A DNA stretch of 64,000 nucleotides from Desulfatiglandales bacterium (GCA_963667015.2 CAXXJJ010000001.1:2336001-2400000), one strand, 5' to 3'. Shown: positions 21,117 to 31,216, numbered from the stretch's first letter. Notes: generated by a model from the letters alone, not told the origin. Made by a program: numbers and translations.

Positions 21117-21219
21117 TATTGTTTTATAAGCTCTCCTTTATAATTTGATTTTAAAATCATTTATTTCCTGACCAGGGCAAAGACTGCTTGCGCCCTACTA
21201 GCAAATAAAGGAGATTGTT

Positions 21220-21984
21220 ATGTATCTTGCTATTTCTATACTCGGCTCACTATTATTTTTCATTTTCATTGTATGGTTTGTTGTATTCCACTATTTGCCA
21301 AAATACTATGTGGGTATTACACAAAATGAAACATCTAAGTCACCCTATCGCCTGGCCCGCATAACCAGAAAAATATTAAGCTTTATTCATGGGTTTTTTG
21401 TATTAATGCTCATTTTCATACCGCCTATTCTATCGGGCGTTTTAATATACCATGCTGGCGATCCTGAATGGAAAGCCGATATAATAGTATTCACGGGTTT
21501 AAGCATAGATCAGAAACAACTTCCGGATCTTAATGCATACGGAATAAGTGACCAAAAAATAAACGGTATGACGCTGGACTGGAGCATAATGCCTTTAAAG
21601 ACCACTAATAAACTTTCTTATTATCTTCATCATGCAGGGAATTTGATCCTCACTATTGGTTATCTTTATTTTTTTCTTCAGGCACGTAATCTCTTTGTCT
21701 CTTTAAGTTTTGGTAAGGCCTTTACTCATAAAAATTCTGTGCGGTTAAAAAAAATAGGCTTTGTTATCCTTGCTTCACAAGTGTTTACTCCATTATGGCG
21801 ATACTTCGTGTGGCGTGCTACCTTTATGAATTTATCATTAAACACCGGCACAGTCCACCTATCACCTCCATGGCCCTTTGATCCAGATATATACATTGTT
21901 ATTCTCGGGTTGGCACTTCTGGTATTTTCCGGTATTGTAAAAGAGGCAAAACAAATGAGCGATGAACAGAGGTTGACAATATAA
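21220..21984 (+). CDS. DUF2975 family membrane protein
   Basis: Multi-TM, F...N..RLK.IG, C-terminal EQRLTI; coupled to the HTH gene by TAATG overlap. Confidence 0.85.
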   Translation: MYLAISILGSLLFFIFIVWFVVFHYLPKYYVGITQNETSKSPYRLARITRKILSFIHGFFVLMLIFIPPILSGVLIYHAGDPEWKADIIVFTGLSIDQKQLPDLNAYGISDQKINGMTLDWSIMPLKTTNKLSYYLHHAGNLILTIGYLYFFLQARNLFVSLSFGKAFTHKNSVRLKKIGFVILASQVFTPLWRYFVWRATFMNLSLNTGTVHLSPPWPFDPDIYIVILGLALLVFSGIVKEAKQMSDEQRLTI

Positions 21985-22208
21985 TGTCTTCAACAATAAA
22001 GGTTAATTTAGATTTACTGCTTGTTAAACGGAAAATGAGCCTGACCGAACTTTCCGAAAAAGTAGGGATCACTCTTGCAAATCTGTCAATCCTTAAACGC
22101 GGTAAAGCAAAAGCGATCCGCTTTTCCACACTTGTCGCTATATGCGAAGCCCTTGAATGCACACCGGGTGATTTGCTGGAACTGGAAGAATTGGAAGACA
22201 AAGACTAG
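21984..22208 (+). CDS. Cro/C1-type HTH transcriptional regulator (YozG-like)
   Basis: ELSEKVGITLANLSILK.GKAKAIRFSTL.AIC.AL.C.PGDLL. Confidence 0.93.
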   Translation: MSSTIKVNLDLLLVKRKMSLTELSEKVGITLANLSILKRGKAKAIRFSTLVAICEALECTPGDLLELEELEDKD

Positions 22209-22328
22209 AATCAATATCTATAAAATTGCAATAAAATGCAAAATAAGCGGTTCGTCTGAGCCACGCAAATACGATTGGAAATTATTTCGCAGCGAAATAA
22301 TATCAATGTTATAAAAGGAGCTAGAATC

Positions 22329-22595
22329 ATGCCAGATAAAATAAATACCATTTTGTTGATAGCTGCATTATCCGGTCTCATAGTGGGGGCAATCGCTGAA
22401 TTAGTGGATAAAAACAAAAAATTTAATAAGTTTCGAACTCCTGCAATAACTAAAGGCATAGCTGCTGGAATTTGCCTTGGTATTGCGATTGGCGTTGTTT
22501 TGCAAAACATAGGTATGGGCATTGGTATTGGCGTAGCAATTGGGGCAGGTATAGGCCGCCGTAACCAAAAGCGTGAAAGTCACAATTCAGAGTAA
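22329..22595 (+). CDS. Small Gly-rich membrane protein
   Basis: AAGGAG RBS before ATG 22329; GIGIGVAIGAGIG glycine-zipper-like helices. Confidence 0.65.
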   Translation: MPDKINTILLIAALSGLIVGAIAELVDKNKKFNKFRTPAITKGIAAGICLGIAIGVVLQNIGMGIGIGVAIGAGIGRRNQKRESHNSE

Positions 22596-22604
22596 TAAGG
22601 GTAA

Positions 22605-22735
22605 TTTTTAATAACGCAGTCAAGGCGACCGTGCTATTTTTTGCCTTTTTTATGGTCTGGCAGTAAGCAATCTTCCTAGCCATCAATAAGTTATTTGGCT
22701 TGCACCGCACTGCCCCTTAATACAGTCGTTAAAAA
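22605..22735 (+). mobile_element. Degenerate attC-like recombination site
   Basis: TTTTAAT-AACGCAGTCAAGGCG ... GCCCCTTAATACAGTC-GTTAAAA imperfect inverted ends, about 130 bp, directly after a small ORF. Confidence 0.45.
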
Positions 22736-22944
22736 GTACAAGTATCTTATGATCTCAACTGTACAACCAGCACAGATACATAGAGAATACCCCAATTAAT
22801 TTAGAAATACAGATCTTTTATTTCAGGCATTATTCATCCTTTTTTCATATTCCTTTCATACCCCCATGGCATCCTTTATTAAAAACAGCAGAACTTAACC
22901 CTTGAGTTAAAACACTTATTTCGCTTTCTGCAAAGGAGGTTTCC

Positions 22945-24315
22945 ATGGTGAAAAGTAAAAAAACTATATACGGCCTTACATTAACAGCTCTTATTATAAT
23001 TGCTATTCCGGCTATCTGGTTCATCACTATTATTTTTGAGAAAGAAAAGCCTGTGATCAATCTGGATACCCTCCCTGATTTTATTTCTCAGAAACAAAAA
23101 GTACAGATCAGCATAAGCGATATGAAGCTGGGTATTCAGTCGTTAAAAGTATCATACAGTCAGGGAGCCAGCGAGGCTACGTTACTTGAAAAGGAATTCC
23201 CATATAAAGAGTTTCTGAATAAAAACGGCGTCAGAGAATACACTGAAGTTATAGAGCTGGACCCAATAGAACTCAGGCTGGCACAGGGTCAGCTGGATTT
23301 AAAAATACAGGCCTGCGATTACAGCAAAAGAAACGGCGGCGATGGAAACATCAGCATCATTACACATTCGATGATTGTCGATACCATACCGCCTGCAATA
23401 AGGGCTATCAGCAGGCAGCATTATATTGCACAGGGCGGTTCCGGAATAATCACCTACAAAACATCGCCGGACACAGTTGAAAGCGGTGTATATGTAAATG
23501 ACAAGTTTTTTAAGGGTTTTCCGGCAGGAGTTGGTTACGAAGAAGAAACCTGCGTTGCCTATTTTGCTCTTCCATTTAATGAAGGCGATGACCCTGAGAT
23601 TTATCTCTGGGCAAAGGACAGGGCCTCCAACACTACACAATCTGTCTTTTATTACCATATAAAGAAAAAAAGCTTCAGGGATGACAGCATTACTGTAAGT
23701 GACAGATTATTAAAGCGTATACTTCCCAATTTTGACTACTGCCAATTTGACCCTGCATTAAGTGATGTTGATAAGTTTGTAAAGATCAATAATGAATTAA
23801 GAAAGAAAAATAAAGATTACCTCATTGAACTGTCAAAGGAAACAAAACCCGAAAAGCTATGGGAAGGCGCATGGCTAAGGATGAAGGGAGCTGAAATGGC
23901 CGGATTTGCAGATCACAGAAGCTATTTATACAATGATGAAAAAATAGATGACCAGAATCACATGGGGGTTGACCTTGCCTCCTTTGCAAATTCTCCCATT
24001 GAGGCAGCAAATGATGGTGTGGTTATTTTCGCGCAGAAACTCGGGATATACGGACTCACGGTAGTGATTGACCATGGGCAGGGTCTGGCATCACTTTACG
24101 GGCATCTCAGCAGCTTTAGTGTTGCTCAGGGCTCTGTTGTTAAAAAAGGGGATGTCATTGCCTACTCAGGCCGGACAGGTCTTGCAAACGGTGATCACCT
24201 GCATTTCAGTATTCTTGTACATGGTATTTTTGTAAACCCTCTGGAGTGGTGGGATGCCCACTGGATAGAGAACAATATTACCCGAAAACTTGATCTCATA
24301 AAAAAGGCTGAATGA
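22945..24315 (+). CDS. M23 family metallopeptidase
   Basis: N-terminal TM anchor; HMGVD, SLYGHLS, HLHF motifs. Confidence 0.92.
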   Translation: MVKSKKTIYGLTLTALIIIAIPAIWFITIIFEKEKPVINLDTLPDFISQKQKVQISISDMKLGIQSLKVSYSQGASEATLLEKEFPYKEFLNKNGVREYTEVIELDPIELRLAQGQLDLKIQACDYSKRNGGDGNISIITHSMIVDTIPPAIRAISRQHYIAQGGSGIITYKTSPDTVESGVYVNDKFFKGFPAGVGYEEETCVAYFALPFNEGDDPEIYLWAKDRASNTTQSVFYYHIKKKSFRDDSITVSDRLLKRILPNFDYCQFDPALSDVDKFVKINNELRKKNKDYLIELSKETKPEKLWEGAWLRMKGAEMAGFADHRSYLYNDEKIDDQNHMGVDLASFANSPIEAANDGVVIFAQKLGIYGLTVVIDHGQGLASLYGHLSSFSVAQGSVVKKGDVIAYSGRTGLANGDHLHFSILVHGIFVNPLEWWDAHWIENNITRKLDLIKKAE

Positions 24316-24331
24316 CCGATAATTTAATAAC

Positions 24332-24390
24332 CGGGATGCTCTTTGATAATCTACCTGAATAAATTTATTGAATTTTAAAAGAGCATCCCG
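24332..24390. repeat. 13-bp perfect inverted repeat between convergent genes (possible terminator)
   Basis: CGGGATGCTCTTT / AAAGAGCATCCCG around an AT-rich 33-nt spacer. Confidence 0.5.
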
Positions 24391-24454
24391 ATTCAGACAG
24401 TACCAAGAGTCTCTTGATGTACCCTTTAATGGATTACCCCTCTGGTTTCATTGC

Positions 24455-25630
24455 CTATGGACTTATCAGTTGATCATACAGTTTATATACAGAAGAATAC
24501 CCGCCTATTAAACAATCTGTCCTTTTTTCAAAGCCTTCTTTGCCGATAATCAATCCTGAAGCTTTAGTGTCTTTCTCTATCCTGGAAAAATATTTCAGGT
24601 TTTTAAACATTGACTGGTTTACAGTCTGACCGGATTTTATCTCTACAGGTATTGGACCTTCTCCTGTATCTATAATAACATCAATCTCATTACCATTACT
24701 CTCCCTGAAATAATAAAAATTGTCACTTCTTCCGAAATGCAGCCTTTTCTTAATAAGCTCGCTGATAATAAAAGTTTCAAATATTTCGCCCCTGAGGGGG
24801 TGGTTCACTATCTGGCTGATATCTTCAATTCTCAGCAGATAACATACCAGGCCTGTATCATAAAAATAGAGCTTGGGTGACTTTATCAAACGTTTGTTCA
24901 TATTTTTATAATATGGCCGCAGGCGGTAAATTACAAAACTGGCTTCAAGAACAGATAACCATTCTTCCACAGTTTTATTTGAAATTCCGCATTCATTACC
25001 CAGGCCGGACTTGTTTAATATCTGCCCGGTCCTTCCGGCACACAGACCTACAAATTTCTGAAAAAGCGAAAGGTCATGTACTTTACTGATCTGCCTGACA
25101 TCCCTCTCCAGGTATGTTGATAAATAGGAAGAGTGAAAGTTGACCGGTTTTATTTTCCGGTCATGTATTCTGGGATAAAATCCACTGTACAGAACATCAT
25201 CAAGGCTCGGTGTATCGCCGGAATACAGCTCATTGTATGAAAACGGGAGAAGCTTTAGTATCCCGGTCCTGCCGGCAAGAGATTGATCAATAGAGCTTAT
25301 ATATTCAAATTGATTACTGCCGGTCAGAACAAAAAGACCGTTTTTTTGTTTTTCATCTACTATTGTCTGAATATATGAGAGTAATACAGGGGCACGCTGT
25401 ATTTCATCAAGGATTGCACCCTCAGGATACTGGTTTAAAAAGCCGACAGGATCATTATCAGCAAATTCCCGTGTAGTCGGATTTTCAAGTGACACATAAG
25501 GCTTTTCAGGAAAACAGCTTTTTACAAGAGTTGTTTTACCTGACTGTCTTGGTCCTGTTATAGTAACAACCGGAAATGATTCGTACAATTCCAGAAGGGT
25601 TTTTTCTGATTCTCTTTTTAACATTACCAT
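24455..25630 (-). CDS. AAA_14 ATPase with DUF4143 domain
   Basis: GPRQSGKTT, ILDEIQR, LTGS, KSPKLYFYDTG, EIDVI...VEIKS. Confidence 0.92.
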   Translation of the reverse strand: MVMLKRESEKTLLELYESFPVVTITGPRQSGKTTLVKSCFPEKPYVSLENPTTREFADNDPVGFLNQYPEGAILDEIQRAPVLLSYIQTIVDEKQKNGLFVLTGSNQFEYISSIDQSLAGRTGILKLLPFSYNELYSGDTPSLDDVLYSGFYPRIHDRKIKPVNFHSSYLSTYLERDVRQISKVHDLSLFQKFVGLCAGRTGQILNKSGLGNECGISNKTVEEWLSVLEASFVIYRLRPYYKNMNKRLIKSPKLYFYDTGLVCYLLRIEDISQIVNHPLRGEIFETFIISELIKKRLHFGRSDNFYYFRESNGNEIDVIIDTGEGPIPVEIKSGQTVNQSMFKNLKYFSRIEKDTKASGLIIGKEGFEKRTDCLIGGYSSVYKLYDQLISP

Positions 25631-25751
25631 GCCCCATATATTATGTAATTTGGAGAAATGTATCCCATTTTGCATAAACTGTCAAATCTTTCAGAAATTA
25701 ATAATAGTTGAGGTAGTTTTTAAAGATAAGTAAATTGATTCCAACGGGTTT

Positions 25752-25857
25752 ACCCAGTTAAATACCGGAGGTAAGACCTGTCCTGTTAAATCCGCCGAGC
25801 GGACTGCAGAGCAGTATTTAACAGGATAAAAGAAATCCAAATCTTATTTAACAGGGT
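25752..25857. repeat. Nested palindromic element (REP/MITE-like)
   Basis: Outer arms ACCCAGTTAAATA / TATTTAACAGGGT; inner arms TCCTGTTAAAT / ATTTAACAGGA. Confidence 0.6.
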
Positions 25858-26007
25858 GATCCGGGCTTGAATTAAGTTGTTGTATTTTCCTTCAGCCTAA
25901 TTTATTTGCAATAAAATATTTGCACAAGGGATGATAAGATGGGAAGATGTTTAATAATTCAAAACTCAAAAGATATTGAATTGTAAAACATGTCCCGCTT
26001 CACTGTA

Positions 26008-27750
26008 TTAAAAACCCACTGTAGAAATAAAACAACTTCCACCACTGCCTCCACCACCATTTAATGTGACTGCTGAAATTTCTTCACTGTAATCGCTTAC
26101 AACCGCGTTTTGATTATAAGAATGGGAATCAGTCTGTGTTTGAACGACAAAATAGTAAGCGGTATTAGAATTTAATCCTGTAACCATCATCTGATCATCC
26201 AGCTTATCATCAGTTGTTCCGAAGTATGTGTAAGGTCCACCGGAAGTTGTGCTGTAGTAAATAATATAACAACCGGCATTGGTGTATGTAACAGGGGTCC
26301 ATTGAATTATAACTGAAGTCTTTGTGACAGACCCGGCAGAAATGTTTTCCGGTGCAACTGTCTGAGTGTCTTCCCAATCAGGATTCAGATTGTCCATAAA
26401 TGTATATAAGGCTGCATCATCTGTATATAGCGCATTATAATCGACAGCAAGATCAGTTAAATTACTTAAACTGGATAATTCTGAAGGAATTTCACCTGTC
26501 AGCATGTTTCCATTTAAGTGCATCTGCTCAAGGTTATTCAGACTCCCCAGCGCTGGAGGTATAGAACTTGCGAGCCGGTTATTCTCCAGACCGAGTTCTA
26601 TGAGGTTATCCAGATCACCCAGCTCCGTGGGTATAGATCCTGTAAGTTGATTATTCGACAATGAAAGATATAAAAGGTTACCAAGGTTCCCCAACTCCTG
26701 GGGAATGGTCCCAGTAAGCGGGTTGTTACCCAGATATAGATACTCCAGATTACTCAGATTCCCCAGCTCCGTGGGTATTGAGCCTGTGAGTTGATTACTG
26801 AATAGAAATATGGTCCTAAGGTTGCTCAGGCTTCCAAGTTGGGATGGTATGGGACCAGTGAATTGATTAACGGCCAGCGAGAGGTTTTCCAGATTACTCA
26901 AATTCTCCAGCTCTGAAGGTATAATACCTGTTAACTGATTATTGGTCAGGTATAGGCTCTCAAGGGTAGTCAGATCGAACAGTACCGGGGGTATGGCTCC
27001 TGTGAGTTGGTTACTGGTTAAATTGAGATATAAAAGATTAGTAAGATCACCCAGCTCCGGGGGTATGGTGCCTGTTAGGTCATTAAAGTCCAAATGAAGC
27101 ATCGTAAGGTTAGTCAGGTTACCCAGTTCCGGAGGGATGGGACCTGTAAGCTGGTTACCAAAGAGGTTAAGTTCCTCCAGATTATATAAATCACCCAACT
27201 CCGGAGGTATGCTGCCGGTAAGCTGATTACTAGCCAACAAAAGCCGTGTTAGGTTAGTCAGGCTGGCGAGTTCAGGGGGTATAGCCCCTGTAAGTTCATT
27301 AAAGGACAAATCAAGCCATGTAAGATTTGTCAGGTTGCCCAGTTCCGGAGGGATGGGACCTGTAAGCTGATTACTGAACAAGTTAAGCTGAGTCAGATTA
27401 GTAAGGTTCTCAAGCTCTGAAGGTATAGAACCAGCAAGGTTATTATCATACAAAGAAATCCTTTCAACACTGTCACCGATTACAGTTATTCCATACCAGG
27501 TATTTTCAGTTCCCGGCATGGCAAAACCATCCACGTCCACCGGTTCACTCTTCCAGTTTGAATTATCAGTCCAGCCATCTCCGTTTGTGCTGTCATAAAG
27601 CGCTATCAGTGCTGCTCTTTCAGAAGCCGGTATATCCCCGTAAACAGTATACTGAATGGACAATAACAGCAAAAAAAGAAAAATAAATAAATGTATTACT
27701 TTAATACTTAATGACCTTGTCAAAAATAATGAATATCTTGAACTTTTCAT
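26008..27750 (-). CDS. Secreted leucine-rich-repeat protein with FN3 domain and CFI-box-like C-terminus
   Basis: About 14 tandem 24-aa repeats LxxLxLxxNxLTGxIPxELGxLxx; ERAALIALY cap; FN3 (WTPV..Y..YY..GL..NTAYYFVV); ends GGGGSGGSCFIST; AGGAG RBS before ATG 27750. Confidence 0.9.
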   Translation of the reverse strand: MKSSRYSLFLTRSLSIKVIHLFIFLFLLLLSIQYTVYGDIPASERAALIALYDSTNGDGWTDNSNWKSEPVDVDGFAMPGTENTWYGITVIGDSVERISLYDNNLAGSIPSELENLTNLTQLNLFSNQLTGPIPPELGNLTNLTWLDLSFNELTGAIPPELASLTNLTRLLLASNQLTGSIPPELGDLYNLEELNLFGNQLTGPIPPELGNLTNLTMLHLDFNDLTGTIPPELGDLTNLLYLNLTSNQLTGAIPPVLFDLTTLESLYLTNNQLTGIIPSELENLSNLENLSLAVNQFTGPIPSQLGSLSNLRTIFLFSNQLTGSIPTELGNLSNLEYLYLGNNPLTGTIPQELGNLGNLLYLSLSNNQLTGSIPTELGDLDNLIELGLENNRLASSIPPALGSLNNLEQMHLNGNMLTGEIPSELSSLSNLTDLAVDYNALYTDDAALYTFMDNLNPDWEDTQTVAPENISAGSVTKTSVIIQWTPVTYTNAGCYIIYYSTTSGGPYTYFGTTDDKLDDQMMVTGLNSNTAYYFVVQTQTDSHSYNQNAVVSDYSEEISAVTLNGGGGSGGSCFISTVGF

Positions 27751-27836
27751 ATCTTCATCTCCTTTAAAAGTATTATAGTTAATGGTCATTGAGACACACA
27801 TTGTTTGTTCTTAGATATTTCTTGCTTAACAGCACA

Positions 27837-27853
27837 TTGCTGTTTATTTGCCA
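27837..27853 (-). promoter_or_regulatory. Possible sigma54 -24/-12 promoter for the LRR gene
   Basis: Minus strand TGGCAAATAAACAGCAA (GG-N10-GC). Confidence 0.35.
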
Positions 27854-28363
27854 TACGTTTTTTGCTGAAGATGCTTTTCGAAGAAGTAATGCGTTAAACC
27901 TGAGATGATAGCCTGATAATTTATTTAAAAAACCAATAAATGTAAACTTCATATAAATAGCAGGATTATTACAGTAAAAATGTGTAGTGATAAGAGTTAT
28001 TATTTATGACTCTTATTTGAAACAAAATGACAATAATCATAAAATCCCTATTGATACATTATAAAAAGATTTTATGAATCATAATCCCGTGTAGAGTGAG
28101 CTCTTAAGTTATTTAGTATCTCATTTTTTAAAAATATATTTACCTTCTTTAACTATACGTTCTCCTCGCTCTATTAAGAAACTGCGGGCCGCTATGCGGA
28201 TTTAACTGGGTAAAAGATTCAAGATTATAAATGCAGGCTGAAGCGGTTTAGTCTGAAAGCTGTTAGGGAAGCCGATTTTGAATAAGTTGATTTTTTCCTT
28301 TTACTCTGTCAAAATTTGCTTATGTTAACGCATTAGAGATAATAACTTTAATGGAGTAATTTT

Positions 28364-28582
28364 ATGGGCTTCACATTACCTTTGGAAGAAATGTCAAACT
28401 CAGACAAGATTGCTGTAATGGAAGAGATATGGGACGATCTGTGCAAAGATCCGGATTCCGTTCCATCACCTGAATGGCACGGTGAAATTCTGAAAGCAAG
28501 AGAATTAAGTGTACGCGAAGGAAAAGCAGAATTCCATAGCCTTGATCAAGTAAAAGAAAGAATTAAGGAGCGTATTAAGTGA
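28364..28582 (+). CDS. Addiction module antitoxin (TIGR02574-like)
   Basis: DKIAVMEEIWDDL...SPEWH..IL..RE pattern; stop overlaps toxin start (GTGA). Confidence 0.85.
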   Translation: MGFTLPLEEMSNSDKIAVMEEIWDDLCKDPDSVPSPEWHGEILKARELSVREGKAEFHSLDQVKERIKERIK

Positions 28583-28857
28583 TAATCAAGCTCCTTGATT
28601 CTGCTGAAGATGATCTGGTCGAAGGTTATCACTTTTATGAAAGAAAAGCAGAAGGGCTTGGTAATTAATTTCTGGACTCACTTTTTTCAGATATCGCTTC
28701 CCTCCATTCACAGCATCACGGGTATTATCATCTCCTGGCGAAAAGATTTCCATTTGCCATTTACTATAAGCAAGAAGAAAAAGAAATCAGGGTTTATGCT
28801 ATTCTCGATTGTCGAAGAAATCCTGCCTGGATTCGAAAAAAACTATCCTCAAATTAA
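28579..28857 (+). pseudogene. RelE/ParE family toxin with premature stop
   Basis: MIIKLLDSAEDDLVEGYHFYERKAEGLGN*FLDSLFSDI...KRFPFAIYY...YAILDCRRNPAWIRKKL; TAA at 28666-28668. Confidence 0.85.
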
Positions 28858-28921
28858 TATAGTCAGCAGGTTGCTCGAATTTAACAGTCGCATCCCGATT
28901 CTCACTGCTCAGTAAAAATAT

Positions 28922-29301
28922 ATGTGCACTACTTATCAAAAAGATCCTCCAGCAGTCATGTTTCAGAATAACGGCAGGTTAATTGCCGTTCATCCCAAAA
29001 AAATTGCTGTTAATGCTCTTAAAGATGAGGGTGAGGCTGATAAAATTCTTAACTGGATAACCGGTGAAATAAATGATATCTGGGAAAACCGCGACGAAAT
29101 AAAACCATGCGAATCTGTCCCGGAAAAACCGAAGATAATTGAAGTTCTAAAATTGTTGCCGCAGACTGTCGAGAGTGCGGTCAGCCTACATGTATGGTTT
29201 TTTCAACTCTTATTGTTAAGGGAATAAAAGATTCTAATGATTGTTTACAGATTGACCCTGTGAATAAAAAACGACTGGATGGCTATCTGGGTGCAGGATG
29301 A
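28922..29301 (+). pseudogene. 5'-truncated, frameshifted Fe-S-binding domain protein
   Basis: ...KIIEVLKLLPQT, frameshift near 29166, then CRECGQPTCMVF (LPxxNCxxCGxxTC motif) to TGA at 29301. Confidence 0.7.
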
Positions 29302-29318
29302 AATATTTACATTTTTTT

Positions 29319-30515
29319 TTAATTTTCAGAAGGTGTATGCAGGACTGGAAGCAGCAGTAATCCCGATATCATGGCTGCAAAGGCGGCTATTCCAAATGCA
29401 TAACCGTAGCTGCCTGTAATATCAACCGCCCATCCAGCCATTACTGGAGATATAATTGAACCTATCCCCAGCATCAGGGTCCACAGTCCGATGACACTCC
29501 CGGAATATGCCTTTGGAAAAAAGTCACGGCTGGCAGCCGCATAGACGGGCCAGAGAGCCCCGTAACCAAAACCAAAGACAACAGTTGACAGGGTTAAGGA
29601 TAAATATGTTTCCGAAAAGGCCATGCATAGCGGACCAATGGTAGTCAGGATTGAACAGAGCAGCATGATGCGTATTCGCCCGACTGCATCTGATAAGTAA
29701 CCAAAGATCAGTTTTCCAAGAATCCCACATGCTGCAAGTATTGTAATCAGTAATGCGGCTGACGCATATGGGATTTGAAGCGATTTTGTCGCGTAGGAAG
29801 GCATGAAGGTAAAAGGGATTATAATGCAAAAACAGATCATCATGTATGATAAACCGATAAACCAGAAGGCCGGTATCTTTAATAGTTTTTTGATGACCTG
29901 CAGGGCGGATGCCGACTGTGATGATTTCAGTTTCACATTTTGCATGTCCGGGTCTGCCGGCGGATTTTTAATAAAAAGATAATTAAGACCTGCGACTAAA
30001 AATCCCATAACTCCCAGACATCGCCACCCCCAGCGCCAGTCCAGGTTTGTAACTATCAATGGAAGAACAAGGCCCGCAATGATTATCCCTGCTCCACTGC
30101 CGGTATCCACAGTGGCTAAAGCTGCTCCTCTTTTACCGGGATCAACCCAGCGCTGAACGATCGTGACTACCGGAACCCAGCCCGCGGACTGCCCGATACC
30201 GGCCAGTCCAAAAAAGATACACGCGCTTATTATACTGCTGGTGCATGACATCAGAAAGGCGCCCAGCCCAAGGAGTGCAATAAAAAAGGTTAACACATTT
30301 CTAACTGCAGACCGGTCTGTTACGAGTCCGAGCACAGGAGAAAAAATGGTATATGCAATAAAGTAGGATGAGTATATGGCCCCGGCCTGTGCATTGGATA
30401 TGCCTAAAAAGGGAAGCATGAAAGGCAGAAGAAGCCCGTAGGAATACCTGACAGCATAGCTGATAAAAATTGTGAAAAACCCTGCGGCTAATACTGTGCC
30501 TGCATTTCTATGCAA
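29319..30515 (-). CDS. MFS transporter
   Basis: 12 TM segments, G..TDR and GYLSDAVGR loop motifs. Confidence 0.92.
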   Translation of the reverse strand: MHRNAGTVLAAGFFTIFISYAVRYSYGLLLPFMLPFLGISNAQAGAIYSSYFIAYTIFSPVLGLVTDRSAVRNVLTFFIALLGLGAFLMSCTSSIISACIFFGLAGIGQSAGWVPVVTIVQRWVDPGKRGAALATVDTGSGAGIIIAGLVLPLIVTNLDWRWGWRCLGVMGFLVAGLNYLFIKNPPADPDMQNVKLKSSQSASALQVIKKLLKIPAFWFIGLSYMMICFCIIIPFTFMPSYATKSLQIPYASAALLITILAACGILGKLIFGYLSDAVGRIRIMLLCSILTTIGPLCMAFSETYLSLTLSTVVFGFGYGALWPVYAAASRDFFPKAYSGSVIGLWTLMLGIGSIISPVMAGWAVDITGSYGYAFGIAAFAAMISGLLLLPVLHTPSEN

Positions 30516-30936
30516 TTTTATTAATCTCCATTAATCCTCCAACCTGCAGAAAGAGCTGTCTGGTGTCGGCTACATCCCAGTGTTCACAAAGTTTTCCATC
30601 CCTGAGCCGGAACATATCCACGGCATCAAAAATTATTTTATTACCAGTAGGCTTATAATGGAGAAACCCTTCTCCGGTGTGTGTGCCGGTAATGGTATTG
30701 TATGCAAAAACAATATCATCTTCAGCAACCAGCCTGTTGATGGTTGCGCAGAAATCAGGGGCTGCCGCAAAAAAACCTTTATGAAATTCGACGAATCCTT
30801 TCATCCCCTGATCCGCATCCGGATTATGCTGGATATAGTTTTCATGCATGTATCGGCTTACTGCATCGAGATCGTGTTTTTGAAAAACCGCCTCGTAAAA
30901 CTCTCTTACAACCTTTTTATTCTGTTCTGTTCCCAT
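30508..30936 (-). CDS. SnoaL-like / NTF2-fold ester cyclase family protein
   Basis: NKKVVREFY, YIQHNP, GTHTG..F, D.FRL.DGK..EHWD; overlaps MFS start. Confidence 0.88.
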   Translation of the reverse strand: MGTEQNKKVVREFYEAVFQKHDLDAVSRYMHENYIQHNPDADQGMKGFVEFHKGFFAAAPDFCATINRLVAEDDIVFAYNTITGTHTGEGFLHYKPTGNKIIFDAVDMFRLRDGKLCEHWDVADTRQLFLQVGGLMEINKIA

Positions 30937-31216
30937 GACAATCCCTTTTAAATAATTTATATATTTCTCTTTAGTTTAATATTTGGGATATCTGCTATAA
31001 TAAATGGTGTTATGTCAAATAAATACTATAATTTAAGCTTAAAATTGGATACTAAATATTGATCGGTTAATTTTTTCAAGGCGCAAATTATTGACATAAT
31101 ATATATTGCTGATATATAAAAAAATAGTTGACCGGATTCAACGCATAGAATTTAAAAGAAAGGTGAATCTGATATATACAAAATAGCAGTTTGAAGCAAA
31201 GAGACCTGGAGGGCGT

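Noticed and set aside
26450..27470. 72-bp periodic repeats as a CRISPR array
   Set aside because: They are in-frame LRR coding repeats; no constant repeat with unique spacers, no cas genes.
28666..28668. Selenocysteine or pyrrolysine recoding of internal stops (also 17415 and 31625)
   Set aside because: All are TAA, not TGA or TAG.
28595..28915. 106-aa ORF in the track
   Set aside because: Shadow frame over the ParE-type pseudogene, which has the recognisable sequence.
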